DNA of 63,668 nt, filler included, from Octopus bimaculoides (Eukaryota), in assembly GCF_001194135.2 (NCBI RefSeq). It is 4 parts of 4 records of this genome, joined end to end, with 100 filler letters (N's around TTAATTAATTAA, not from the genome) between each part and the next. Parts side by side here need not be neighbours in the genome. Positions count along the whole stretch, not along the records: positions 1 to 21,771 come from NC_068997.1; 3 more parts are not named here. The stretch is one strand, 5' to 3'. Below the pieces are notes generated by a model that made no database searches, was not told the origin of the DNA, and saw nothing but the letters and a program-made list of their open reading frames with translations. Below are positions 1 through 18,853 of this stretch, piece after piece (the stretch's first letter is position 1; the number at the start of each line of letters is the position of its first letter). Both the position numbers and the translations under genes were made by a program.

Positions 1-210
1 ACACCATTTCGAGCGTGGCCGTTTTCGTGCGGGTGACACGTAAAAGCACCCACTACACTCTCTGAGTGGTTGGCGTTAGGAAGGGCATCCAGCTGTAGAA
101 ACTCTACCAAATCAGACTGGAGCCTGGTGTTGCCATCCGGTTTCACCAGTCCTCAGTCAAATCGTCCAACCCATGCTAGCATGGAAAGCGGACGTTAAAC
201 GATGATGATG
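1..210 (+). mobile_element. SINE with RTE-type domain (aggaagggcatccagctgtagaaa) and (GAT)n tail
   Basis: About 97% identical over 150 nt to the inverted copy at 13991-14142; also matches 19775-20020; ends ggacgttaaacgatgatgatg. Confidence 0.75.
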
Positions 211-545
211 ATTGCCACATGAAAGGCATCCGTGCCGGTTACATGTGTGAGGCACCTGTGCCAGTGACACACAAAAGGCACTTATGCTGGTGACACATAA
301 AAGGTACTTATGCCATAGACATGTAAAAGGCACCTGTCCTGGCGACACATTAAAGGCACCCATAATGGTGACATACAAAAGGCACCCAGTACACTCTTTG
401 GAGTGGTTGGCATTAGGAAGGGCATCCAGCTGCAGAAACCAAGCTAAAACAGACTGGAACCTGGTGCAGCTTCTGGCTTATCATCTCAAGTCAAACAGTC
501 TAACCCATGCCAGCATTAAAAAACGGATGTTAACTGATGGTGGTG
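211..545 (+). mobile_element. Degenerate second copy of the same SINE with an internal ~25-bp tandem expansion
   Basis: Five to six repeats of a tgccggtgacac..aaaaggcac-like unit (225-385), then the same aggaagggcatccagctg domain and tail. Confidence 0.6.
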
Positions 546-670
546 GTGGTTGTTGTTGGTGGTATTATTATATTCAAGATTTTACATCATTGATTAATGT
601 CTTTTGAGTGATTAAGAGTTGATTAAACTAAACTACCACTCTATTGTTTTTGATGATAATTGTTCCAGTT

Positions 671-918
671 GTGCAAGTGGCTGAGTACTCTGCAGACATA
701 CATACTGTTAATGCAGTTCTCAGGGAGATTCAGTGTGACACATAATCAGTGTGACAAGGCTGGTCCTTTGGATTACAGACATAACTCATTTTTGCCAGCT
801 GAGTGGATTGGAGCAAGGTGAAGTAAAGTGTCTTGCCCAAGGACACAACATACCACTGGAAACCACACTTGTGACTTTGTGATTGTGAGCCGAATGCCCT
901 AACCACTAAGCCACACAC
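671..918 (-). mobile_element. tRNA-headed SINE with gtccttgggcaagacac core
   Basis: Head ggcttagtggttagggcattcggctc; its 3' part (gaatctccctgagaac...cagccacttgcac) is shared with 35885-36260. Confidence 0.65.
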
Positions 919-995
919 AAACGTCAACATTTAATTGATGACTATTGTTAAAAGTTTATTATTGTGTTTATTATTATTATTATTATTGTGTTTAA

Positions 996-1219
996 GGCAG
1001 TGAGTTGGCAGAATCGTTAGCAGGCCAGGTGAAATACTTAGTAGTATTTCATCTGTCTTGACTTTCTGAGTTCAAATTCCGCCGAGGTCAACTTTGCCTT
1101 TCATCCTTTTGGGGTCGATAAATTAAGTACCAGTTGTGTACTGGGGTCGATCTAATCAACTGGCCTCCTACTCAAAGACTTTGGGCCTTGTGCCTAGAGT
1201 AGAAAAGATTATTATTATT
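996..1219 (+). mobile_element. tRNA-derived SINE, family A (ggcggcgagctggcagaatcgttagc...), (ATT)n tail
   Basis: A-box-like TGGCAGAATCG, B-box-like GAGTTCAAATTCC; many copies in the window; flanked by (ATT)n; a partial second copy follows at 1228-1430. Confidence 0.8.
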
Positions 1220-1457
1220 GTGTTTAGCACGCTGGACGAAATGCTTGGCAGTATTTTGTCTGTCTTTGCATTCTGAGTTCAAATGCAGTCAGGGTCAACT
1301 TTGCCTTCTTTCAGAGCCGATAAATTAAGTACCAGTTATGCAGGGTAGGGATGGGAGGGGATCGATGTCTCATTCCCTTTTCAAGATTTCAGGCCTTGTG
1401 CCTATAGTAAAAAAAAAAAGGATTATAATTATTGTTTTTATTCCATTTATTTATCAG

Positions 1458-2279
1458 AATCAAAAAATTTGGCGGAACCAAACATTCAAGAAGGTAAAAA
1501 TGAAGAAGTCCAAATTGAAAAGGGACAAAATCTTGCAGATGATAAAGCAAAAGATAAAGCTGTAGATTCGTCCATTAAAGAGCAATCGCAAAACTGGGAA
1601 AATAAATTCCATGTCAACTCTGAACAGAGCAGTTCTAAAGCAGATGCTTCATTGTCAGTAAATTCACCAAACCTCAATCCATCAGGAAGATTACCAGAAA
1701 ATGTCAAAAGCAGCTTAAATGAACATAATGTGGATGCACCAGGTGTATTTGAAGACGGAAAGACAAAAGGGTCTGTTGGCAGAAATAATGAAGATTTTCA
1801 ACATAATCTGATTAATGATTCTGTGATTAGGTCTAATAAACAATTACCAAATCTTGATCGATTTGGACAAGAATATAAGTTTCAGGTCAATGGACCGACT
1901 TCATTTGATAATAGTAACCAAAACCTTCCATCTGGTGTCAATACAGAAACAAACGAAAATGGAATGGTCCAGGAATCTCCACATTTGACTCGACAGAATT
2001 TCTTTCCAGTTGAAAGCATGGGAGTGACTACAGCAAAGAAGAACCCTTTTGAGGATGGTTTCCGAAAAGTTCACAATATTCAGGGACGTTTACCATTTCT
2101 TTCAAAGGGCCAGGGTGAAGATGAAATCATGGAGGCAAGGAATGAAAGACCTTCAGCTGTTCCGAATGGGAATTCAAGAGATTTTCAAATAAGCGGTAAT
2201 TTCTATCATGGGGCTCCTGGAGAACTGCAGGATCACACGTCATCATTATACGTACCACCAATATATCCTGTACCACCAG
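1458..2279 (+). CDS. Pif-like gene, first exon in window (N/S/E/Q-rich low-complexity region ending YVPPIYPVPP)
   Basis: Acceptor ttatttatcag|AA at 1457/1458, donor CCAG|gtaaga at 2279/2280; 822 nt without a stop. No start codon; the upstream exon(s) are not found in the window. Confidence 0.8.
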
Positions 2280-2470
2280 GTAAGAGAACTCTATATTCGT
2301 TTTCCACACACACATGTGGCTGTGTGGTAAGAAATGTGCTTTCAACCATATGGTTCTGGGTTCATTCCCACTGCATGGCACCTTGGGCAAGTGCCTTCTA
2401 CTATAACCTTGGGCTAATCAAAGCATTGTGAGCGGATTTGGTTGACAGAAACTGGAAGAAGCCTGTTATA

Positions 2471-2504
<34 letters not shown>

Positions 2505-5500
2505 CAGTATGTATATATACAGTGTATATATANNNNNNNNNNNNNNNNNNNNNNNNNNNNNNNNNNNNNNNNNNNNNNNNNNNNNNNNNNNNNNNNNNNN
2601 NNNNNNNNNNNNNNNNNNNNNNNNNNNNNNNNNNNNNNNNNNNNNNNNNNNNNNNNNNNNNNATATATATATATATATATACGAAGCAAATAATTCACGA
2701 GAAAATAATTTGTGAAGATATCATTGACTCTATTATTATCTAGTGTAACAATAATAACTGACTCAATAATATAAGTGATTGCAGGCCCCCCAAAAAATAT
2801 TAAATAGCTGAAGGATTAAAATTAATCAAAGGACATACGAAGTATGTCTACCTGCTGGAAATAACAGTCAAAACTCTTATTTCCTACAGGTAGAAATACT
2901 TAGTATGTCCTTTGATTAATTTTAATTATATATATATATATATATGGTGTATATCTTAGTGTGTTTGTGTTTGTCCCCTGCCTATATATATATATGAGAA
3001 AATAAGATGACAAAGGAATAAAGAATAATCCTATGAACTTCATTTGCTTACAGCTGTTTCTGCAGAAACAGCTCTGGGCTAACAAAGGTCATAAAATAAT
3101 TGTCTATTCCTTTCTCATCTTGTTTTCTTATTACTCTGTACTCGTCTAACACTTTATTCTGAAACATACGTATATTGAGTTCTACACCAGTTTTTACAAT
3201 GCCTAAGCAAAATATTAAAACATATATATATATATATAGTTAAGATTCAGTTAAATTAGGTACTTAAATTGAGAGGCACCTTGCCAGTTCAGTACAGTTT
3301 ATACAGCTCAAATTTAGGTTTCTTTCAAATGTGATGCTTCTGGTGATCGATTAAATGGAGCTGCTTGAAACGGCCGTAATGTATTGATACTTATACATTC
3401 TTGTTACTTATTTAAATTATATATATGTAAATGAGCATCACCATCATACAAGTGATGTTCTTTGTTTCCAGTCTTCTAGGAAAAAACCTGTCTGACCAAA
3501 GGGAAATATCACCTTGCTTGGAAACGAGTGAGCATTGGTGACAGGAAGAGCATCCAGCCATAAAAAACACATGCTCACTTCATTTCTTTCCTGTCTTCTC
3601 ATGTCCGTTCTAACACAACCCTCATTACTAAACTACTGTAATCCTGCTGTAACCACTAAATTTAATGATAAGAATTAATCAGTCTTTGAATGTTATTACA
3701 GAGTGTCACCTGAAACCATTCCACGAGGACAGACGATATTACCTGGAGTTTGTCCCTGGTCATGGAATGAGACCTCGACCTTGTTCTGCAGGCACTATCT
3801 ATAATCACACTAGATGTCAGTGTGTCATTGGATCTGTTGAAGTTACAGGTAAGTAGGAACACATTTAACAAGGATAAAATATGCTATGTGCATGCATATA
3901 TGTATGTGTGTGAATGTGTATGTGTGTTTGTGAATGTGTATGTATATAACTTCCATACATACATATGTCTGAGTATATATCTACCTATATATATCTATAT
4001 CCAGACACCTTTAATTTTCAAAATCTTTCCTTTAATATTAATTGGTTGAAGGAGAGGTTTTCTTCTAGCTGTTTGTCCTTAATACCCAAGCTTATGCAGA
4101 TATGTCACACACATTCTTGGACTAACTTCTAGCTGTTTTGCAATGTCAGAAGCCTTCGAATGGGGTTCGTTTTCCACAATTCTCTTCTAACAGCGAAGCT
4201 TCCTTTCCGAGGGCCCAGGTCGGCCGGGACGAGAATCTGTTGATTCTTTTCCTTTAACAGTAGCAAGAGGAATTTGAAGATTTTCGGCAATTTTTCACTA
4301 GCTAAGACCAGCCTCAGATTGCCCAACAATACGACCTCTTTGAAAATCTGACAGTTCTGCTGAATTTTTTGTGCGTGATATGGTTGCTCTTCACAAATGT
4401 TTAATATAATGGCACATGGAATGAAAAAGAATAATTACATTGTAAATTCTACACTGCTGAAAACATATTAAGACGCTTAGATCAGAAATTTTGAAAATTT
4501 AAAGGTGTCTATTTATTTCCTGCATGTCTGTGTATATATTCTATATGGTTTGTACAATGATACGTTGAGCTTCTTTTATGAGTACTACCAAATTACTTGA
4601 ATGCATATATTGTGACTATAACAGGCTTCTAGAGTTTCCACTCACAAGGCTTAGGTTGGCAAGCAAACTTCTTAACCACATTACAATGTCTGCGTTTATG
4701 TATTAATGATAAAAATATTTGTTTTACTTTAGAATGTGAACCAGAATTCTTCTTGGACTTCAATTACCAAATTGCTGATAAATCAAGGAACGGTCTCCCT
4801 CTCACTGTGTTTGGCGTCTATCCGCAACAAGGGGCAGGTGTTTTTAATAACGACAGTCACATTAAGATTTGGCGTTTCTCTGATGCTCACATTGGTAACA
4901 AGCTAACAATTCACATCAAGTTTAAAGACACTGGAAGCCATAGGAACCGAATTGAGTATTTAATATCTAACTGTTACCAAGACAACCGTCAAAAGACCAG
5001 CTCCGTGGCTTTGGCTCTCAACTGGAGAACAAGGGAAGTTTTGATGCTGGTCGATACAAATAAATCTGAGCCAAAAGTCCTTCGTTTAAAGTACACGGTA
5101 AGGGCTTTAAATTATAGTATTGTTCCGTTTATATATTTGTTTTGCAAGATTTTTGATGTGAAATCGTGTGTTTTTATTGGCTAAACTGGCAATATGACCA
5201 TCCCCAAATACAATATAGTATTGTTGTTATGCAGTAATTGTCCTACCATTTCTGGAAGTAGAGACCATCATCTTCAATGTTTGTTTTCCATGCTGGTATG
5301 GGTTGGACAGTTTGACAAGAGCTTGCAAGCCAGAGAGTGTTACCTGACTCCAATAGTCTGTTTTGGCATGGGTTCTACAGCTGGATGCCCTTCCTAATTG
5401 CCAACCACTTCACAGTGTGTGGACTGGGTGCTTTATACACGACACCAGTACCAATGCTTTTTACATGATGCAGTGAATATAAGTTCATTCCCATTCAATA

Positions 5501-8500
5501 GTCTCTACAATATACGGATCAAAGTGTCTTTAATTCTATTGCACTATTGAGATTTCAATATTATTGACACATGGCTGAGTGGTTCAGGCACTGAGCTCAC
5601 AATCATGAGGTTATAGGTTCGATTCCTGCACCAAACACACTGGATGTTGTGTTAGATTAAGAGTTACAAGGTGTCTGTTTCCATGGTTACATAGGTAACT
5701 AAAACAAAAGCTATGCTACAAATCACCCTCAATTCTGAGTGACTGCTGTATTAGTTCAGTATCTTCTTCCGCCCTTTTAAAGCCTAGACAAGCTCATGGG
5801 CCTGGCTTCCATGGCGTATGTGTTCCCCCCAGCTGGACGGGACACCAGTCCATCACAGCGTTACTCAAGAAACAAGAAGAGTGAGATAAAGTTGGGGCGA
5901 AAAAGTACAACAGGGGTCGCCACTACCCCCTACCAGAGCCTCGTGGAGCTTTTAGGTGTTTTTGCTCAATAAACACACAATGCCGAGTCTGGGAATCAAA
6001 ACCGTGAGTCCGCTGCCATAACCACTGGGCCATTGCACCTCCACCTTAGTTCAGTGTAGCTATCTAATATTTTAGTCCTTTCGTATTTAAACTGGCCAAA
6101 ATATTCTACCTGCTTTTATATTAAACTAGCTAGATGTGGCCTCTCACACACAATATTATTCTAAAAACTAATAGTTACCTCATCAAAATCTCAATGCTAT
6201 CAGCTGATGCAGGATTCGCTCAAAGCAATGTGGATAAATAAGGATTACATTTGACAGATTAATCCAAATGCTAAAGAGCATGGAGAGATGTTGATGATGA
6301 TAATGTTGCTAGTGTGTTACCATATTATTATGCTGCTATAGAGCTGTTATGTTAGCATCATAGTAAAAAATGGTGAGCTGGCTGAATCACAACTCCAGCA
6401 GCATTTCTCTGGCTTTGTGAACCAAGTTCAAATGCTGTCAAGGTTGACTTTGCCTTTCATCTTTTCAAGTACCAGTGGAGCGCTGAGGTCAGTGTAATCA
6501 ACTAGACTCTAGTACAAACAGTTATATCACTGTTACCAGTCTTATTTATAATTATGTTACAGCATTATTGTGTCATACTCTTAATTCCTTCAACAGCCCA
6601 ACCAATGGGAAAATCTTACTCTGAACTATGATGGTGAAATAATCCAAGCACAACTGGGACAAACTGTATCAGAGAGAGTCCCCTTGCAAGGTTAGTTGGT
6701 TCTTTTTTTTTATTCCATCATTTAATGCCTGGCTCCCATAGTCCTGTAGAATCTGACTGGGTGGAGGACTGCATCATGCTGTCTACTTAGGTATGGAGTA
6801 AAGATTATTTGCCAACATAACATGGCAGTCCTGGTTTAGGACGAATGTTGCTGTAATTTAGCCCCAGGAGACATCATCTCCAGCTGACTATACGCCACAA
6901 TCTGTGTCCTTATATTTTCAAACAAGGGAATCTAGCAACCCCATTCAGCTAAAAACAATATCTGTGTATCGCGATTTCCGGGTCATATAAGGACACAGAT
7001 CGTGTCGTATAGCCAACTGGAGACAATGTCTCCTGGGGCTAAACTACAGCAACATTCGTCCTAAACCAGGACTGCCATGTTATGTTGGCAAACAATCTTT
7101 ACTACAAAGCACTGTTACTGAATATCTCTCATTGTGAAACTTACTCAGGTATGGTTTCTAAAGCTGGATGCTCTTCTTAGTGCTTTGCTTGTACAAGGAT
7201 ACATTTATAAAATAGGTTGGGACAGAGTTTTCTACAACTGGAAATTTTATATAAATACCTTTCAAACAGCATAGATTACGATTATAAAGAAATTTGTGGG
7301 AAAATTCATAAGATCTGAGTTTTTTGCCCATAACTTGGTGAACGTTTGTTGTGGATAGCAGGTACTCTTTTACTTGTTTCAGTCATTTGACTGTGGCCAT
7401 GCTGGAGCACCACCTTTAGTCAAGCAAATCGACCCCAGGACTTATTCATTGGAAGCCTAGTACTTATTCTATCGGTCTCTTTTGCCACTAAGTTACGGGG
7501 ACATAAACACACTACCATCGACTGTCAAGCGATGTTGGGGGGACAAACATATATATATATACACGACGGACTTCTTTCAGTTTCCATCTACCAAATCCAC
7601 TCACAAGGCTTTGGTCAACCCGAGGCTATAGAAGACACTTGCCCAAGGTGTCACGCGGTGGGACTGAACCCAGAACTATGTGGTTGATAAGCAAGCTACT
7701 TACCACACAGCCACTCCTGATGAACTTTGGGAATAAAACAATGTTATTTTCATCTCTGTTCAATGTTGTTACCAGTGCCATAAATCTTTCTCGATCTGCC
7801 TCTTTCTCTTCCTTCACGGACACTACCCCTTACTTCCACTCCATTCAATTCTTTCATTCCCCACCCCTAATGCCATTTATTGCCCCATCAACACATTTTT
7901 CTTGTGTACCTAGATTTTTGTTGCCAGAGACAAGAGTTAATACTTTAAGACACCCACAAGTCCATCTCCTGTTTATTTCCCCAGTGGGAATTAAAATAGC
8001 ATGGCTTTCAGTACCAGTTCTATACTATATGCACACACATTACCTACATGTTTTCATAGACCACTAAATTGAAGGAAATCATTGAGTTTAATTAAAAAGA
8101 ATTCTCTACAACCCTTCTATGTCAAATTTGACACTTTAGAGACATCAGATCTTAAGAATGATCTGGTGCCTCTAAAGTGTCAAATTTGATAAAATTTAAC
8201 ACGAAGGGGTGTAAATAATTTTTTTTTTTTTGCTATCTCCACTTTAGAGACATCAGATCCTATGAAGGTTGGAAAGGATCTGGTGTCTCTAAAGTGTCAA
8301 ATTTGATAAAAACTTGACAGGAGGGGTGTATAGAACTCTTTTTTAATAATTCTTTCTGGAATTACCCCCTTGGTGTACTAAATCTAAAGTTCTGTTTCTA
8401 TGTGCTGCTACCAGGTGAAATTGAACCTCGACCAAGTGGTTTTATTGTTGGTAATTGTGGTCATTTCCCAAGCTTCACAGGTTTAATACAAGAGGTAAGC

Positions 8501-8898
8501 CTTTTTTTTTCTTCCGTACAATTATTTGTCATGATTATCATCATAATTTGTTATTTACACAATCATAAACACCATATAACATGCTTACTAATTCTGATAT
8601 TCTTGAAAAAGCTGTCCTTAGAGCTTCCTTAATAATCCTACTGGCATAATGTCATCAAAGCTATAATAATAAAATTGTTCAGAACCTTTGCATTGCACTA
8701 ATTAGAAACCTATCTGCTGAGTCAAAAGGTAGTTTGCTGTTAGTCCCATCAGAATAACAAAACATCAACTTGTGATTAAAATTCTTTTTTTTTTTTAAAC
8801 AGGTTCAAATCTACCTCTGTAATCCACGAAGAGAGAAACTGATGGACAGGCATTACCTAGACATAGTAGCAAGTGAACTCAACTCACCAGTGACTTGA
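1458..8898 (+). CDS. Pif/BMSP-like secreted-matrix protein (low-complexity region + chitin-binding domain + laminin-G/concanavalin-like domain); 5'-incomplete, 6 exons in window
   Basis: Exons 1458-2279, 3702-3848, 4733-5097, 6597-6690, 8415-8494, 8803-8898. All introns are GT-AG with matching phases (1,1,0,1,0), giving an open 534-codon partial product ending TGA at 8896-8898. ECHLKPF...PCSAGTIYNHTRCQC is a Pif-type chitin-binding module; CEPEFFLDF...GAGVFNNDSHIKIWRF...QWENLTLNYDG...FTGLIQEVQIYLCNP is a Pif-type LamG. Family call is by motif recognition. Confidence 0.85.
2315..2470 (+). mobile_element. tRNA-derived SINE, family B (5' half)
   Basis: tggctgtgtggtaag...ggttcattccc...ccttgggcaagtg...ggatttggttgacagaaactg; begins 35 nt after the exon donor and supplies the spurious C-terminus of ORF 1469..2431. 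Confidence 0.75.
2815..2926. repeat. Foldback/MITE-like inverted repeat
   Basis: 39-nt arms 2816-2854 and 2887-2925 with 2 mismatches, plus inner GGAAATAA/TTATTTCC stem and a 12-nt loop. Confidence 0.85.
3702..3848 (+). CDS. Pif-like gene, chitin-binding (peritrophin-A-like, 4-Cys) exon
   Basis: ttacag|AG ... ACAG|gtaagt; phase 1-1; CHLKPFHEDRRYYLEFVPGHGMRPRPCSAGTIYNHTRCQCVIGSVEVT. Confidence 0.9.
4003..4534 (-). mobile_element. Internally deleted Tc1-like transposon with decayed transposase N-terminal HTH
   Basis: Minus 4381-4079 reads [40 protein letters not shown]...RPGRP...RIVENEPHSKASDIAKQLEVS...LHKLGY; inverted repeats 4003-4024 and 4488-4510. Confidence 0.8.
4733..5097 (+). CDS. Pif-like gene, LamG exon 1
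   Basis: tttactttag|AA ... ACG|gtaagg; phase 1-0; CEPEFFLDFNYQIADKSRNG...KVLRLKYT. Confidence 0.9.
5760..6044 (-). mobile_element. tRNA-headed SINE (gtgcaatggcccagtggtta head) with ctggacgggacaccagtccatc 3' module
   Basis: Head and core shared with 35885-36260, but the tail differs. Confidence 0.65.
6597..6690 (+). CDS. Pif-like gene, LamG exon 2
   Basis: ttccttcaacag|CCC ... CAAG|gttagt; phase 0-1; PNQWENLTLNYDGEIIQAQLGQTVSERVPLQ (too short for the ORF track). Confidence 0.85.
6797..7103. mobile_element. MITE with ~119-bp terminal inverted repeats
   Basis: Arms 6797-6915 and 6985-7103 are near-exact reverse complements (e.g. gccaacataacatggcagtcctggtttaggacgaatgttgctg). Confidence 0.9.
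7364..7718 (-). mobile_element. Full-length family B SINE with internal (TA)n
   Basis: tRNA-like head (gagtggctgtgtggtaag...ggttcagtccc), central ccttgggcaagtg...ggatttggtagatggaaactg, tail ggtgctccagcatggccacagtcaaatgactgaaacaagtaaaaga; partial copies at 12046-12170, 16620-16855, 18175-18340, 20871-20990, 50190-50320, 61590-61700, 63340-63668. Confidence 0.85.
8094..8344. mobile_element. Foldback element made of two tandem hairpin units within outer TIRs
   Basis: Hairpin 1: 8122-8151 / 8160-8189 (28/30). Hairpin 2: 8240-8260 / 8276-8296 (20/21). Outer aaaaagaattctctacaacccttc ... gaggggtgtatagaactctttttt. Confidence 0.85.
8415..8494 (+). CDS. Pif-like gene, LamG exon 3
   Basis: ctaccag|GT ... 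GAG|gtaagc; phase 1-0; GEIEPRPSGFIVGNCGHFPSFTGLIQE. Confidence 0.85.
8803..8898 (+). CDS. Pif-like gene, terminal exon
   Basis: poly-T tract + aaacag|GTT; VQIYLCNPRREKLMDRHYLDIVASELNSPVT*. Confidence 0.85.
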   Translation, partial: VQIYLCNPRREKLMDRHYLDIVASELNSPVT

Positions 8899-9154
8899 AC
8901 TTCAGCAGCAGATATCACCTAACAACTAGACATAGGACTGTTGAATTATTTAGTTATCACATGTGTACATACTTAGGAAAATAAATACAAGATTTAAAAC
9001 AAAAATATGTGAATTTGTCTATATTGCATGCATATTCAATCAGACTTAATTGTATCTGTTTAATCACCTGTTTGGTCAGGTAAGCCAGGACTGAGCAATC
9101 TAGTGTCAACACTATCTGGATGGAGTAAAAAAATTATACAAACACTTGCAACTA

Positions 9155-9166
9155 AATAAAAATAAA
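9155..9166 (+). terminator. Tandem AATAAA polyadenylation signals, candidate 3' end of the Pif-like mRNA (another AATAAA at 8980-8985)
   Basis: aataaaaataaa at 9155-9166, about 260 nt after the stop codon. Confidence 0.5.
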
Positions 9167-9251
9167 AGACAAAATTGCCAAACAACCACCGTCAGTCGTT
9201 GCTAAGGAGAAAGGAGAAACAAGGAAAACACAAACAGTAAATAATTTTCAT

Positions 9252-17529
<8,278 letters not shown>

Positions 17530-17598
17530 GATGGCTGAATCTGACAGGAAAGGCAAAATTTCTGACGCATGCGTAAAACTATATTCCAGATCGGAAGT
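17530..17598 (-). promoter_or_regulatory. RPS15: RPS15 5'TOP/TCT start and proximal promoter
   Basis: Minus strand CCTTTCCTGTC from 17553 (oligopyrimidine start, 24-nt leader); palindrome ACGCATGCGT 17565-17574 (NRF1-like) and CGGAAGT 17592-17598 (ETS-like). Confidence 0.75.
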
Positions 17599-18083
17599 TT
17601 AAAATCGTCATATCCGGTTTAGTATAAATAAACCGTTTCCATCCCAACTATCTTTTTATTTGGTTCAGTGATGGGACTGCGGCCATGCTGGGGCACCACC
17701 TGGCATGAATCGATTTCCCTGTCTCAGTTTGTGCTTGAGACAAGGAGACAACATGAGTGTTAAGGACCTAGTCTTAATCAACCGAGCATGTTTTCTTCAT
17801 AATGTCATAATCTGAGAACCCTCCGGCCCTGTTTTCTCAGGTCATTACATCAAAACTCCATAAACTCAGTTGCAACATAAATAAATTAAACCAAATACAC
17901 TCATTACAGCACATCCATTTGATAACAAAACTGGCTGTGATGCTGTCGTATTTGATCGAAAATCGCTTGTCAACTGGCCTTACCTCCCTTGACATGAAAG
18001 CTATTGGAAGCTCGTTATAAACGTGTTAAAACCAAAATCTGTCCACAACTCATGAACAAAAATAGGTGCGGGATGGGAGTTGA

Positions 18084-18136
<53 letters not shown>

Positions 18137-18489
18137 TCCTTCATTAGAAAAATAAATTATGTTATAGGAAGAGACAGGGTGTGTGGTTAAAAAATTCACT
18201 TCCTAACCACATGGCTTCAGGTTCAATCCCACTATATGACACGTTGCGAAAGTTTTTTCTGCAGTAGCCTAGGGGTCGACCGAAACCTGTAAGAAATTTT
18301 GGTAGTTGGCAACTGAAGGAAGCCTGTCCTATATGTGTNNNNNNNNNNGAACTGGGGTCAGTTTGCTTCATTGAATCCTTCAGGGTGGTGCCCCAGCATG
18401 GCCACAGTCAATATATAACAATAGAAATTAAGATGGTGAGTTGGTCAAATTGTTAGTACAGTGAGCAAATTGTATAATGACATTTCATC

Positions 18490-18853
18490 TGTAGTAATGC
18501 CGTGCGCATGCGTAGTCTCACGCATGCGTGGAATTCAACAAGCAAGCTTTCCCGCTTCTATTCTAGCTCTTTCTTGCTGGCCAGCAATTGAGCATGGACG
18601 TGTTTAGCTGTCACTCTCCATCTTTCGGACTTACGCTCGACAGCTCACTTACATCCACATAACAACGTCCCAACAACAATGCTCACACACACAGAAGCTG
18701 TAACAACAAACAAGAGCTAAAGATGTATATATTTACCACCTAAATAAATGTTGTTTAAGTTGATAGTCTGGAGTTCAGCATTCCGTTATATTTCTAATTT
18801 TATATAGGAAAGTCAGGTATACATCTAATGATGTATAACCAACTTTCCTATAC
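18490..18853 (+). mobile_element. Putative LTR (LTR-retrotransposon-like) directly followed by a tRNA-Trp primer-binding-site-like sequence
   Basis: Starts TGTA, has AATAAA at 18743-18748, and is immediately followed by TGGTGACCCC(C)GACGTGAT; no second full copy or clear TSD in the window. Confidence 0.5.

Noticed and set aside
2280-2431. C-terminal part of the 320-aa ORF 1469..2431
   Set aside because: It reads past the GTAAGA donor at 2280 into intron and SINE sequence; the TTG start is also inside an internal exon.
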